NCBI GenBank assembly: GCA_965242965.1
Contig: OZ251518.1
Location: 5,152,001 to 5,216,000 of the forward strand
Direction of reading: 5' to 3'
Origin: Candidatus Poribacteria bacterium
Lineage (GTDB): Bacteria > Poribacteria > WGA-4E > WGA-3G
Length of the DNA: 64,000 bases
The notes below the pieces were generated by a model that ran no database searches, was not told where the DNA came from, and worked only from the letters and a program-made list of their open reading frames with translations. Position numbers and translations under genes: made by a program. Below, in pieces: positions 30,886 through 40,481 of the stretch (position 1 is the first letter of the stretch; every line of letters begins with the position of its first letter).

Positions 30886-31194
30886 CTATCGGAAAACCGA
30901 ACACCTAAACGGGAAAGGTAAATCGGGAACGATACCGTCTACCCAGCAGCCGAACGCAATCCGGCCGCGCTCATGCCGATGTGTTAAGAACTGGCCATCG
31001 GTTAACGTCTTGACTAAACGAAACGCCGAACCGCTCGGTAAACGCGAAACCGATGACAACCACCGAACCGATGCCGATGGGAAAGCATGCCAGCACTCAA
31101 TAAAAGCACGATGCCGAACATCGGGAAATTGCAACTCAAGGACTCGGTATGGGAAATGCCGACCGAACCAATGACCGCGCACTTCAGAACTCAT
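30886..31194 (-). CDS. Small HTH-like protein, paralog of upstream ORF
   Basis: GGAGGA RBS, ATGA overlap; FIECWHAFP-ASVRWLSSVSRLPSGSAFRLVKTL. Confidence 0.65.
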   Translation of the reverse strand: MSSEVRGHWFGRHFPYRVLELQFPDVRHRAFIECWHAFPSASVRWLSSVSRLPSGSAFRLVKTLTDGQFLTHRHERGRIAFGCWVDGIVPDLPFPFRCSVFR

Positions 31195-31505
31195 GGGATA
31201 TCCTCCAACCGAATCCAATAGCAAGACTCGGACAAACGGGAATCCGCAATAGGGACCCCCTCGCAAATTTGACCGCGCACGTCACCGCGCTTTTCTAAAA
31301 GCCGAATTAACCGGCACGCGGTTGGCCGACTAATGCCAGCCAAACGGGAAAGACACGCGATACCCATTTCGGGAAATTGATGCCACTTGACAATAAATTT
31401 CTCTTGACACCATGACCGAACCTTGACTTCGGGAAAGAGACCCAAAGCCTCATACTGCCAATAATACACGAAAACCTCCTTGTAGGTGGCCCACTCAACG
31501 GCCAC
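31191..31505 (-). CDS. Small winged-HTH-like protein
   Basis: FIVKWHQFP-MGIACLSRLAGISRPTACRLIRLLEKRG resembles an IclR/MarR-type HTH. Confidence 0.7.
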   Translation of the reverse strand: MAVEWATYKEVFVYYWQYEALGLFPEVKVRSWCQEKFIVKWHQFPEMGIACLSRLAGISRPTACRLIRLLEKRGDVRGQICEGVPIADSRLSESCYWIRLEDIP

Positions 31506-32234
31506 AGCACTTGACAGAAAAAGTAGTTAAACATTATTCTGCAGAATAATGACAGCACTAAATACGATGCAACCTTGGCCATCAGAGATTGACAGAATCT
31601 CGGATTGCGGTTTTCAGAAAATGCCGACAACCCCCAAACTTGTCAAATAAATGCAAAGAACCAAGAAAACGGTGCAACGTGGTAACACGTTGACATCACG
31701 AAATTCAGTGAAAGCAGGAGCCTCCAGAATTTTTTGGACCGCGCTCCAGTCGCTCACTTCCGGTCCCGCTTGTTCAAGCAACGGAAACATGCGGAAGTTT
31801 TTATCGGTGGAAAGTTGGAGATGTCCTTCACCGTAAGCTTTGAGGCTGACAGGAAATTCTGAGCCCGTGATTTCATTGATAATTTGGATATCCTCCTCCT
31901 TTGACTTCGCACGGTAGTGTTCCTTGCCCACATGAATCGAACTGAAATCATACATGTATTGATTGATGAATTCAGCGATGGCTATCTCCGCCAAATCTCC
32001 GTGGGTTTTGTTCCCGATAAGCCGCAAGGTGAAGATGTTACTGAGCGTGAGCGTGATTAACTCTGGGTTTTTGCTAAACATCAACTTCATGCGCTCAATG
32101 AAGTCTTTGTATGGATTGTGATTGTTCATGAAATCCTATGCCTTTCCGATTAACTAACAAGCGAATTGTTAACGATAATCAAAGTATACGACATTTTTGA
32201 GCAAAATGCAAGAAAAAACGACGCAGTACTACGT

Positions 32235-32475
32235 TTAGGGTGTTTCATAAATCCGTGTCGGCGTGCCATCCCGGTCTCGAATTCATCGTAGGGCGAGGGC
32301 CTGTCCCTCGCCATCGTGCGTGCCCGCGCACCCCAACGCTCGCGGGGGAAACCCGCTCGGATGCACGTGTGGTATCCGAGGGCCCCCGCGCTACGGGCAG
32401 AGAAAAGCCCTACGGGAAAATCGAGACCGGGAGGTCTCTCCTACCGGGAAAACATCAATATATGAAACACCCTCA
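32235..32475. mobile_element. MITE-like TIR shell with REP cargo
   Basis: TTAGGGTGTTTCATA ... TATGAAACACCCTCA enclosing REP A, B-variant and C. Confidence 0.8.
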
Positions 32476-32502
32476 CTTAGATTCGCGTCCACGTGGCATT
32501 CA

Positions 32503-33747
32503 TCACTTGAACGCATCCAACAGAGAAACCATCTCCCCTTGAATTATTTCCTCTACAAACGGTTCCAACGCCAACCGATACGGCCCACTCAGCGCATGGT
32601 TGCGCGGGCCCGCCTCGTAGCCGCCCCGCAAGCCCAATTCATAAGCACGCTGCGTCGCAACGTAGACTTCACTGCCGTTGGTGTAGCCGAAGACGAAGGT
32701 GTGTCCGAACGGCGAATGTTCATCGGCGAACAACTGATATTCCGCGAAGAGTTCATGCGGGAAAGAAAGAAGACAGAGCGCATCGCCGACAGCAAAGGCA
32801 CTCATCGGAAACGGCAAAGTCCGCTTTTCGCCGCTTTTGGCGATGCCTAACAGCGCGACGTAACGTTCGTCATCAGGAAATTCGGCGATGAGCTGCTCGC
32901 ACTCGGCAACCGAAGGTGGGGAACGAAACGGTAACTTCAGGTGAACGGAACGCGCTTTGAGCGCGGCAGATGGAATCTCTTCTGCTGTCTTTAACGCTTG
33001 CGCTGTTGCAAAGGCAAGGGCAAACCCAGCGACATCGCACGCGCTGAAACCGCCGCGCAACGGATAGCCGTTGATATCCGCCGCGCACCCCTGCGCGAAC
33101 ATTAAAACGGTGTCAGGTTTCAAATCCGCACCGATGAAATTGCGCAGATGATTGACTGCGTAACCGGGATAATCGGCACCCATCTCCTCGCTAGCCCAGT
33201 GGACAATCACGGGATGCGCCGCATGCGAAAATAGCACTGCAATGAACTGCCCGTTCGCATCGTCCACGCCTAACACGTCAACCCACGGCACAACCGCTCC
33301 TTCGGGATTCGGTGCCATCGTGATGTAACCGTCATCGTTCATCAGTCGACGGTTGTAGCCAATCTGCACCGGGGCGCGTCCGGCGCGTAGTGTCGCGGGT
33401 TCAAGTGCCGCCACTGCATCCGATACCAGTTTGGCAAGGCAGTCTGCCAGCCACGCCTCAGACTCTTCGGTTATCCAGCGTCCATCAACGCCGGGCGCGT
33501 TGTGCGTATGACTACAGTTGATGACGATGTGCTCGGGTGGGATGTCTGTGGCACGGTAGATAGCGTCTAGCAATACCTGATTGTAGTCAAGCGGAAATTG
33601 TCCGAAGTCTGCCGTGACGATGGCGAGTTGTTTTTCGGCATCGGCGAGCACCAGCGCGCGGGCATAGAGTTCGGCGTAGACATCGGGCTTGTCCTTGATT
33701 TGGGTTATGGGAGTTTCGGCGGCACCTGCCGTTAACGTGGTGTTCAT
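32503..33747 (-). CDS. Neutral/alkaline ceramidase-like amidohydrolase
   Basis: LYARALVL, INCSHTHNAP, HAAHP, ADYPG, QGCAADIN, GYTNG..GGYE; AGGAG before ATG 33747. Confidence 0.8.
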   Translation of the reverse strand: MNTTLTAGAAETPITQIKDKPDVYAELYARALVLADAEKQLAIVTADFGQFPLDYNQVLLDAIYRATDIPPEHIVINCSHTHNAPGVDGRWITEESEAWLADCLAKLVSDAVAALEPATLRAGRAPVQIGYNRRLMNDDGYITMAPNPEGAVVPWVDVLGVDDANGQFIAVLFSHAAHPVIVHWASEEMGADYPGYAVNHLRNFIGADLKPDTVLMFAQGCAADINGYPLRGGFSACDVAGFALAFATAQALKTAEEIPSAALKARSVHLKLPFRSPPSVAECEQLIAEFPDDERYVALLGIAKSGEKRTLPFPMSAFAVGDALCLLSFPHELFAEYQLFADEHSPFGHTFVFGYTNGSEVYVATQRAYELGLRGGYEAGPRNHALSGPYRLALEPFVEEIIQGEMVSLLDAFK

Positions 33748-33769
33748 GGGGTTCTCCTGTCGGTTTGCG

Positions 33770-34098
33770 GCGTGGCGAGGGACAGGCCCTCGCCCTACGA
33801 TGTCGGTTAGATCAGGGTGTTTCATAACCCCGTTTCGGTATTTATTCTGCCTTGGAGGGAGGGCGAATACCGGAAGGCATTGAGCCCATCTCTGTAGTTC
33901 GGGAGCGCCTGATCCCGAACGGGTCAGGATCAGGCGATCCTGACCTACAGGGGTGATGCGGTCTGACAGTCAAACGATGGCGAGGGACAGGCCCTCGCCC
34001 TACGGTGTCAGTTCGGTTGGTTGGCGAGGGACAGGCCCTCGCCCTACGATGGCGGTGTGGTTTGCGGCGTGGCGAGGGACAGGCCCTCGCCCTACGGC
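33770..34098. repeat. REP A/D cluster containing a lone MITE left end at 33812
   Basis: Four REP A copies, D pair and TCAGGGTGTTTCATAACCCCGTTTCGG. Confidence 0.85.
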
Positions 34099-34119
34099 GG
34101 AGGTGCGGTAACGCGTTGC

Positions 34120-35178
34120 TCATGTCAAATCAGCGAGCTGCGGCATCACCTCATTCTGGAGCAAATCCATTGAATGCACCCACTGCTCCTTCGGCTCCCA
34201 CTCGTGTCCCATCGTGAGGAGCACGCCAAAACCACCGACTTCCTCATAGAGTTCGCGGAGGCGGTCCGCGACATGCTCAGGACTGCCCACAATCCACAGC
34301 GTATCCAACAGATTTTCCAGACACGCTTCCACGTCGGGAATGCTCGCGTCTTGCTTGAATTTCTCCCATCCGAATAGGCGGAACCAGTAATCCCGAAAAT
34401 CGCGGCCGAGGGTGCCTTCAAGTGCCTCTTTGCGCGCCTGCTCAGTGGTATCGGCGACGTAGACCTCGCGGGCGATGCGCCACGTAGAACGAGACGGCGA
34501 AAGCCCTGTCTTTGCCGCACCTTCTTCAACTGCGTCCCAATGCGTTTTGATAACGGAGACTGGGGCGAGGTTGATACTCATCGGAATCCAGCCGCGCTCG
34601 CCTGCCAAGATAAGCGTATCCGATTTAGCAGAAGAGCCGGCCACCGCAATCGGCGGGTGCGGTTTCTGATACGGCTTCATGTGGATGCTGACGATGCCCG
34701 TGCGCGGTTCGGGGATTTTAAACTCCCAGAAATCGCTTTTGTAGTGCCCGGGCTCGGGGTCCTCCCAGATTTTGAGGACAGCGTCAATTCCCTCGCGTGT
34801 CGCGCGGCGTCTATCGCCATCTGCCATGAACATCTCCGCGTCGCTCGGCGTGGAACTGGAACCGACACCCCAGTGGAAGCGTCCGTGTGCGAGATGGTCC
34901 AACTGCGCGATGCGATGTGCCACAACAGCAGGGTTGTGTATCGGCATACAGGTAATCCCGGTGCCGAAGACGATGTTTTCTGTCATCGCCACTGCTTTCG
35001 CGATGAAGAGATCTGGGGAGGGGATATTCTCCCACGTGAAGGTAAAATGCTCACCGATGTAAGCTTCCTTGTAGCCCATCCGGTCGAGCGTCACCATCTG
35101 CGCCATATCATCGTCCAGCGTTTTCGTGGTGTCGCTACCGGGTGGATGCAACGGCATCGTGAAAAAACCGAGTTCCAT
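34120..35178 (-). CDS. LLM class flavin-dependent oxidoreductase
   Basis: FFTMPLHPP, YIGEHF, AQLDHLAHGR, PYQKPHPPIAVA, IVGSPE-V. Confidence 0.92.
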   Translation of the reverse strand: MELGFFTMPLHPPGSDTTKTLDDDMAQMVTLDRMGYKEAYIGEHFTFTWENIPSPDLFIAKAVAMTENIVFGTGITCMPIHNPAVVAHRIAQLDHLAHGRFHWGVGSSSTPSDAEMFMADGDRRRATREGIDAVLKIWEDPEPGHYKSDFWEFKIPEPRTGIVSIHMKPYQKPHPPIAVAGSSAKSDTLILAGERGWIPMSINLAPVSVIKTHWDAVEEGAAKTGLSPSRSTWRIAREVYVADTTEQARKEALEGTLGRDFRDYWFRLFGWEKFKQDASIPDVEACLENLLDTLWIVGSPEHVADRLRELYEEVGGFGVLLTMGHEWEPKEQWVHSMDLLQNEVMPQLADLT

Positions 35179-35306
35179 GAAAGTGCTCCTCTTGTCAGCG
35201 CGCTTATTAAAAAAACGTGACAATCCTGGGCGAAATGTGTTATTATATATACGCGTATCTTGTTAAGAAATTATCACAAACGCAAATATTTTACAAGGAG
35301 AATTTG

Positions 35307-36491
35307 ATGAAACTTAAACTTTTCGCCTTAATGGCACTCGTTTTTCTCACTGTTTTGTCCGGATGCGAGCGGATAAGAACGGTGGTTGTCCCCAATGATA
35401 CCGAAGCACCGATGGCGGATGCAACGCTAAAAATCGGTGTAATCCAGCCATCAAACATCTTCTCCACCTTTAGCCAAGGTGCGGAAACGGCGCGCGCCCA
35501 GATTAATGAAAAAGGCGGCGTGCTCGGCATGCAGGTGGAGTTTATCACGCGGGATAACCAACCCGTGGCGACTGCACCGCCAACGCCGGAGGCAAGCGCA
35601 AGTGCGGCGACTGAACTCATTGAAATGGAGAACGTCTTCGCGCTCCTCGGTCCAGTCTACTCTACCAATACTGTCGACGTGGGCCCAATCGCGCAGGAAG
35701 CACAGCGGCTCTTGCTGCCCGGTTCAAGCGGTTCGCACGTACCAGAGAGCGGGAATTACGTCTTCCTCATCACCGTGCCAAACGCCTTCCAAGGCAGTGT
35801 CATGGCGAAATTCGCGATGGATGCCGATGAACTCGGTGCTAAAACGGCGGCGACAATTCATCAGCACGAAGATGTTTACTCCGATGATCTCGTGCAAGCG
35901 TTCCAAACCGCCTTCAAAGAGATGGGCGGCGAAATTGTCAGCAGTAGCACCTATACCGTCGGTGATACGACGTTTAGTGAGTTGCTGACAGAAATTAGCG
36001 AGGCAAATCCGGACGTTATTTTCTGTCCGAGTTTCCTCCCCGAAGTGCCGTTGCTCATCAATGAGGCACGGCAAAAGGGCATCAACGCGCCGTTCCTCGG
36101 CGGTAGTGCTTGGGATGACAGAGAACGGTTTCTCAGCGTTTTAGACGATAACACCGTTTTAGATGGGAGTTACTATCCCACGAACTTCTCTGTTGCAACG
36201 CAGGATGCCGATGTGCAAGAATTTGTGCAGGGATATACGGCACTCTTTGAGAGTCCGCCTGATGGCATCGCTGCGTCTGGTTACGATGCAATGCGGCTCT
36301 TAGCATTAGCGATAGAGACAGCGGGTTCGCTGGAGGCGGCTGCAGTTCGCGATGCCTTCGCTGCAGGCAGCGGTTACAGAGGTGCCACAATGATTTCGCA
36401 TTACACCGAACAGCGGCACCCTGTCAAGAGTCTCGCCATTCAGACATACCGCGAGGGACAGGTAGAACTCTACAAAATCGTGGAGCCGTAG
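35307..36491 (+). CDS. ABC transporter substrate-binding lipoprotein (branched-chain amino acid family)
   Basis: LSGC lipobox, INEKGGVLG, LLGPVYS, GYDA. Confidence 0.9.
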   Translation: MKLKLFALMALVFLTVLSGCERIRTVVVPNDTEAPMADATLKIGVIQPSNIFSTFSQGAETARAQINEKGGVLGMQVEFITRDNQPVATAPPTPEASASAATELIEMENVFALLGPVYSTNTVDVGPIAQEAQRLLLPGSSGSHVPESGNYVFLITVPNAFQGSVMAKFAMDADELGAKTAATIHQHEDVYSDDLVQAFQTAFKEMGGEIVSSSTYTVGDTTFSELLTEISEANPDVIFCPSFLPEVPLLINEARQKGINAPFLGGSAWDDRERFLSVLDDNTVLDGSYYPTNFSVATQDADVQEFVQGYTALFESPPDGIAASGYDAMRLLALAIETAGSLEAAAVRDAFAAGSGYRGATMISHYTEQRHPVKSLAIQTYREGQVELYKIVEP

Positions 36492-36586
36492 TCTAGCTGT
36501 TTCGACTGTATGGGCGGCTTTCTGTATCCGTCCGAGCCGCCCATTTTTAGAGAGGGAGATTGGCCCATCTTTGGAGGGAAATTGGT

Positions 36587-37621
36587 ATGACACAAACCAT
36601 TCACTTGGGAGTCGTTGGATGTGGTTGGGCGGGTTGCCAAGCCATCCGTGCCGCGAACGCGACTTCCCGTCTGAAAGTCATCGCCATCGCCGAACGTGAC
36701 GCAAGTCGCCGTGAGCAGGCAGGCACTGACTACGCAGTGCCACATCGCTACGGTGACTATCAGGCACTCTTGGCTAATCCCGCGGTTGATGCTGTCTATC
36801 TCGCCACATCTCCCGCGGGCCGCTTGCAGCAGGTGTTAGATACGTTGCATGCCGGCAAGCACGTTTTGGTGCAGAAACCGCATGCGGTTCGCGCGCCAGA
36901 AATTCTAGAGATGGAAGCGGCAGCACAGCAATCCGGGAAGACGCTCCAATTCTGCTATTTCATGCGTCACTTTCCGCAAAATCGGCACATTCGGCGCGCA
37001 ATTCAGAACGGGAAAATCGGCACGCCGTATCATGCCCGCGTCTTCGGAAAATATAACTTCATTCCCGATTTTGATGAAAACAGCCGCTGGCTGCACGTCT
37101 ATGGACAGAAAGGTGGTTCGTTGGGACAACACTATTCTCACGAACTTAACCTTATCTGGTGGTGGATGGGCTGTCCACTGCCAGAGTGGGCGTTTGCGGC
37201 GATGCACGTGCTTTATCCGCAGTATGATGGCCCGGAGGGCGCGGCTGAGGACTATTTCACCGGCATCGTCGGATGTGAAGGCGGGAAAACCCTCCAGATT
37301 GACTGTTCACGGATGAGCCACTCGGATTCTGCCAGTGTTGTTGAGTTTTACGGCACTACGGGGGCAATCACGAACGGCGGCATCTCGCGGTTCAAAAATG
37401 GCGAATTCATCAGAGAATCTATCGATGAACCGATGGAAACCGCACACGGTGAGTTGCCGGAAGACGTTCCTGTCTTCTTTTATGAGCTCAACCATTTCGC
37501 GATGGCCATCGCGGGTGAAGTCGCGCCGGATGTCGCCGCGGACGATGCCTATACGTTCATGACAATCTTGGATGCCCTTTACGACAGCGCGAAAAGTGGG
37601 GAGAAGGTTTATATCGGTTGA
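36587..37621 (+). CDS. Gfo/Idh/MocA family oxidoreductase
   Basis: VGCGWAG, GKHVLVQKP. Confidence 0.88.
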   Translation: MTQTIHLGVVGCGWAGCQAIRAANATSRLKVIAIAERDASRREQAGTDYAVPHRYGDYQALLANPAVDAVYLATSPAGRLQQVLDTLHAGKHVLVQKPHAVRAPEILEMEAAAQQSGKTLQFCYFMRHFPQNRHIRRAIQNGKIGTPYHARVFGKYNFIPDFDENSRWLHVYGQKGGSLGQHYSHELNLIWWWMGCPLPEWAFAAMHVLYPQYDGPEGAAEDYFTGIVGCEGGKTLQIDCSRMSHSDSASVVEFYGTTGAITNGGISRFKNGEFIRESIDEPMETAHGELPEDVPVFFYELNHFAMAIAGEVAPDVAADDAYTFMTILDALYDSAKSGEKVYIG

Positions 37622-37640
37622 TGTGTCACGGATACCTAAT

Positions 37641-38184
37641 TGAGGGTGTTTCATATCTCGATATCTTCCCGGTAGGAGAGACCTCCTGGTCTCGATGTTC
37701 CCGTAGCGCGGGGGCCTGTCCCCCGCGATGGCTCAAGAACCGTTTTTTTTATCGTAGCGCGGGGGCCTGTCCCCCGCGATCTCCATAGTCAAGTGTTAGC
37801 GTTTTAGGTCCTATGGACCTTAGGGATAGCGAGGGACAGGCCCTCGCCCTACGGTGGATGGGGGCGATTTCTTAGTCATGCCCGTAGCGCGGGGGCCTGT
37901 CCCCCGCGCGCTCTCAATCGCTGCGGAAAACGCCCGCAACCCAGAGACCCCGGATGTTTGCTGCTCAGCCCGGTGCATGGCGAGGGACAGGCCCTCGCCC
38001 TACGGTGAAAGCGGCACTCAAGCATGGCGAGGGAAACCCTCTCGCATGCGCGTGTGGCATGCGAGGGCCCAAGCCCTACGTGAAGGAAAGGCGTTTTTTT
38101 CACGGTAGCGCGGGGCCCTCGGATGCCACACGCGCATCCGAGCGGGTTTCACCGCGACGTTGAGCGATTTAGGAAACACCCTCA
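37641..38184. mobile_element. MITE-like TIR shell with REP cargo
   Basis: TGAGGGTGTTTCATA ... TAGGAAACACCCTCA enclosing C, B, A and variant palindromes. Confidence 0.85.
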
Positions 38185-38208
38185 TTCGGCACAAGGAGTA
38201 TCACTATT

Positions 38209-39156
38209 GTGAAAGCCATTGTCACCAAACTCTTGCCCGATAAACGACGCGAGACAGTTGTCGTTAACGACTGGCCAGAACCAGCACCGCCTGCCGGCAA
38301 CGAAGTGCTTTGCGAGGCAGTCTATACAGGACTCACTAACGGCACCGAACGCAATCAACTCATCGGCGGGAATTATTCTGCGCCGGATGAACGGCTCCCG
38401 ACAGGCGGCGGGTATCAGAACGTCGGCCGCGTCATTGAAACGGGTGCTGACGTAACCCACCTCCAGCGCGGGGACATCCTCTATGCCAGCGTAGCTCACG
38501 TGGCGCGATTTACTATTCAGGAAGATGGGCTGCTGTTGAAATTACCGGCGGATGTTAACCCTGCGCAAGCCGCCCTTTTCGGCATCGCCGGGGTGGCGAT
38601 GCATTGCTGCCGCCGCCTCGATGCGCGCATCGGTGAGAAGGTGCTGATTATCGGGCAAGGGTGCATCGGCATGTTTGCGGCGCAAATCGCCAACGCAATG
38701 GGCGCGCGGGTTACAGTATGCGATATTGATGAATCGCGACTGGAACACGCGCGGCAACTCGGGGTAGCCGAACAGGTTTTCAACACTAGCGGCGATGGCT
38801 GGGACGCGCAAATTGAAGCCGATGCTTACGATGCCGTGATGGACTTCGCCGGGGCTCCCGACATGGTAACGTCAATGATACGTGCTTGCAAACTGCGCGG
38901 ACGAGTGCTGTTAGTTGCAGGACGCTTTGACGTGAACTACACCTTCAACGTCGGGCAACACAAGGAAATCAGCATTCTCCAGTGCAGTCACTTTACCTGC
39001 GATGATTTGGAGAATATCTGCCGGCTTCTCCGACAGGGCACTTTCAGAATTGCCCCGCTCATCCGGCATCAGGTGCCTGTTGACGAGGCACCACGGATAT
39101 ATCGGTGTCTCCGCGATGAACCGATGCGCCTGTTAGGCACAGTTTTTGAATGGTAA
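38209..39156 (+). CDS. Zinc-binding alcohol dehydrogenase (MDR) family protein
   Basis: GYQNVGRV-E-G, IIGQGCIG. Confidence 0.85.
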   Translation: MKAIVTKLLPDKRRETVVVNDWPEPAPPAGNEVLCEAVYTGLTNGTERNQLIGGNYSAPDERLPTGGGYQNVGRVIETGADVTHLQRGDILYASVAHVARFTIQEDGLLLKLPADVNPAQAALFGIAGVAMHCCRRLDARIGEKVLIIGQGCIGMFAAQIANAMGARVTVCDIDESRLEHARQLGVAEQVFNTSGDGWDAQIEADAYDAVMDFAGAPDMVTSMIRACKLRGRVLLVAGRFDVNYTFNVGQHKEISILQCSHFTCDDLENICRLLRQGTFRIAPLIRHQVPVDEAPRIYRCLRDEPMRLLGTVFEW

Positions 39157-39161
39157 TTTGT

Positions 39162-39413
39162 TGAGGGTGTTTCATAACTCCGTTTCGGCAGTTATCCCCC
39201 TTGGGGAGCGCGCTTCGGGCCCACCTCTGTAGTTTGTGATCGCCTAATCACAAACGGGTCAGGATCAGGCGATCCTGAACTACAGGGGGGATGCGGTCTG
39301 CTAGCAAAACGCGTGGCGAGGGACAGGCCCTCGCCCTACGTGAAGGTGAGGCGTTTTTTATCGTAGCACGTGGTCTGTCCCCGCGACGTTGAGCGAAATA
39401 TGAAACATCCTCA
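39162..39413. mobile_element. MITE-like TIR shell with REP cargo
   Basis: Both ends and interior closely resemble 26553-26858. Confidence 0.88.
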
Positions 39414-39454
39414 TTAAAATGATGGCATTTGCGTCAATCCTATAGGAGAACTTC

Positions 39455-40420
39455 ATGTCAAACGTTAGATTAGGCTTCATCGGCACGGGTGGTAACATGA
39501 ACCGCCACCTGCGCGAATTGACGGAAATCGGCGGCACGCAATTCGTCGCCTTTTGTGATATTGTCGTTGAGAAGGCAGAGAAAGCGGTTGCGCAATATGG
39601 CGGCAACGCTTATGCCGACTACAACCAGATGCTGGCACGGGAGGAATTGGATGCCGTTTATGTCTCCATTCCGCCGTTCGCGCACGGCGCACCGGAGAAA
39701 GCTGTCATCGCCGCGGGACTCCCGATGTTCGTCGAAAAGCCTGTCCACATGGATGCCGACGATGCGAAGGAAATCGCCGCGTTAATTGAGGAAAAGGGTA
39801 TCATCACCGCGACTGGATATCAGGAACGCTACCTTGATATCATCGACAAGGCGCAGGAGCTCCTCGCCTCCCGACGCGTCGGATTTTTCATGGGTTATTG
39901 GATGGGCGGCATGCCCGGCGGTTGGTGGCGCGATAAGTCAAAATCCGGCGGACAACTCATGGAGCAGACGACGCACGAATTCGACATGGCGCGTTATCTG
40001 TTCGGCGAGGTGAAAACCGTATATGCCGTCGCACGCAACGGGCTAGTCCCGGATGCCGATTACGATATTGAGGAGGCATCCGCTGTCTCCTTGCAATTTG
40101 AGAGCGGCGTTTTCGGCATCATGTTTTCCGCGTGTTTCACGACAACGGGACTTCGCCGTTCCGGATTAGACATCTTCTGTCAGGACGGTTCGCTGGAATA
40201 TCACCTCCGAAGAGCCTTGGTGCTTACCACAGCCGATGGCGAAACCCGGTGGGAGCCGCAGAATAATTGCACAATCGCCATGGACAGCACCTTTATTGAC
40301 GCTGTTCGGACAGGCGATGCCAGTAAAATCCGTTCTCCCTATGCCGATGCCGCCAAAACGGCGATTTTGTCCATCGCCGCGAATCACTCTTTGGCAACAG
40401 GGGAACCGGTTCATTTGTAG
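39455..40420 (+). CDS. Gfo/Idh/MocA family oxidoreductase
   Basis: FIGTGG, FVEKP, SGGQLMEQTTH. Confidence 0.9.
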   Translation: MSNVRLGFIGTGGNMNRHLRELTEIGGTQFVAFCDIVVEKAEKAVAQYGGNAYADYNQMLAREELDAVYVSIPPFAHGAPEKAVIAAGLPMFVEKPVHMDADDAKEIAALIEEKGIITATGYQERYLDIIDKAQELLASRRVGFFMGYWMGGMPGGWWRDKSKSGGQLMEQTTHEFDMARYLFGEVKTVYAVARNGLVPDADYDIEEASAVSLQFESGVFGIMFSACFTTTGLRRSGLDIFCQDGSLEYHLRRALVLTTADGETRWEPQNNCTIAMDSTFIDAVRTGDASKIRSPYADAAKTAILSIAANHSLATGEPVHL

Positions 40421-40481
40421 AACAGAGCCCGTAGGCGCGCCTTGATATCGCGCCTACAGAGCCGTTTTTGAATTCAGAAAA

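Larger units (their letters stand above)
30120..31680 (-). mobile_element. Unclassified inserted element with three small ORFs and no recombinase
   Basis: Boundaries defined by the split gene; 2-bp CC overlap at junctions; T-rich coding strand. Confidence 0.75.
29720..32129 (-). pseudogene. Probable type II restriction endonuclease interrupted by a 1561-bp insertion
   Basis: 5' part 31681-32129 (GDLAE, EEDI..VSLK, PD-(D/E)xK-like) and 3' part 29720-30121 rejoin in frame as ..DVNVLP-FIYDERNQRCNILVFDW.., giving 282 aa; coupled to the methylase. Confidence 0.75.
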
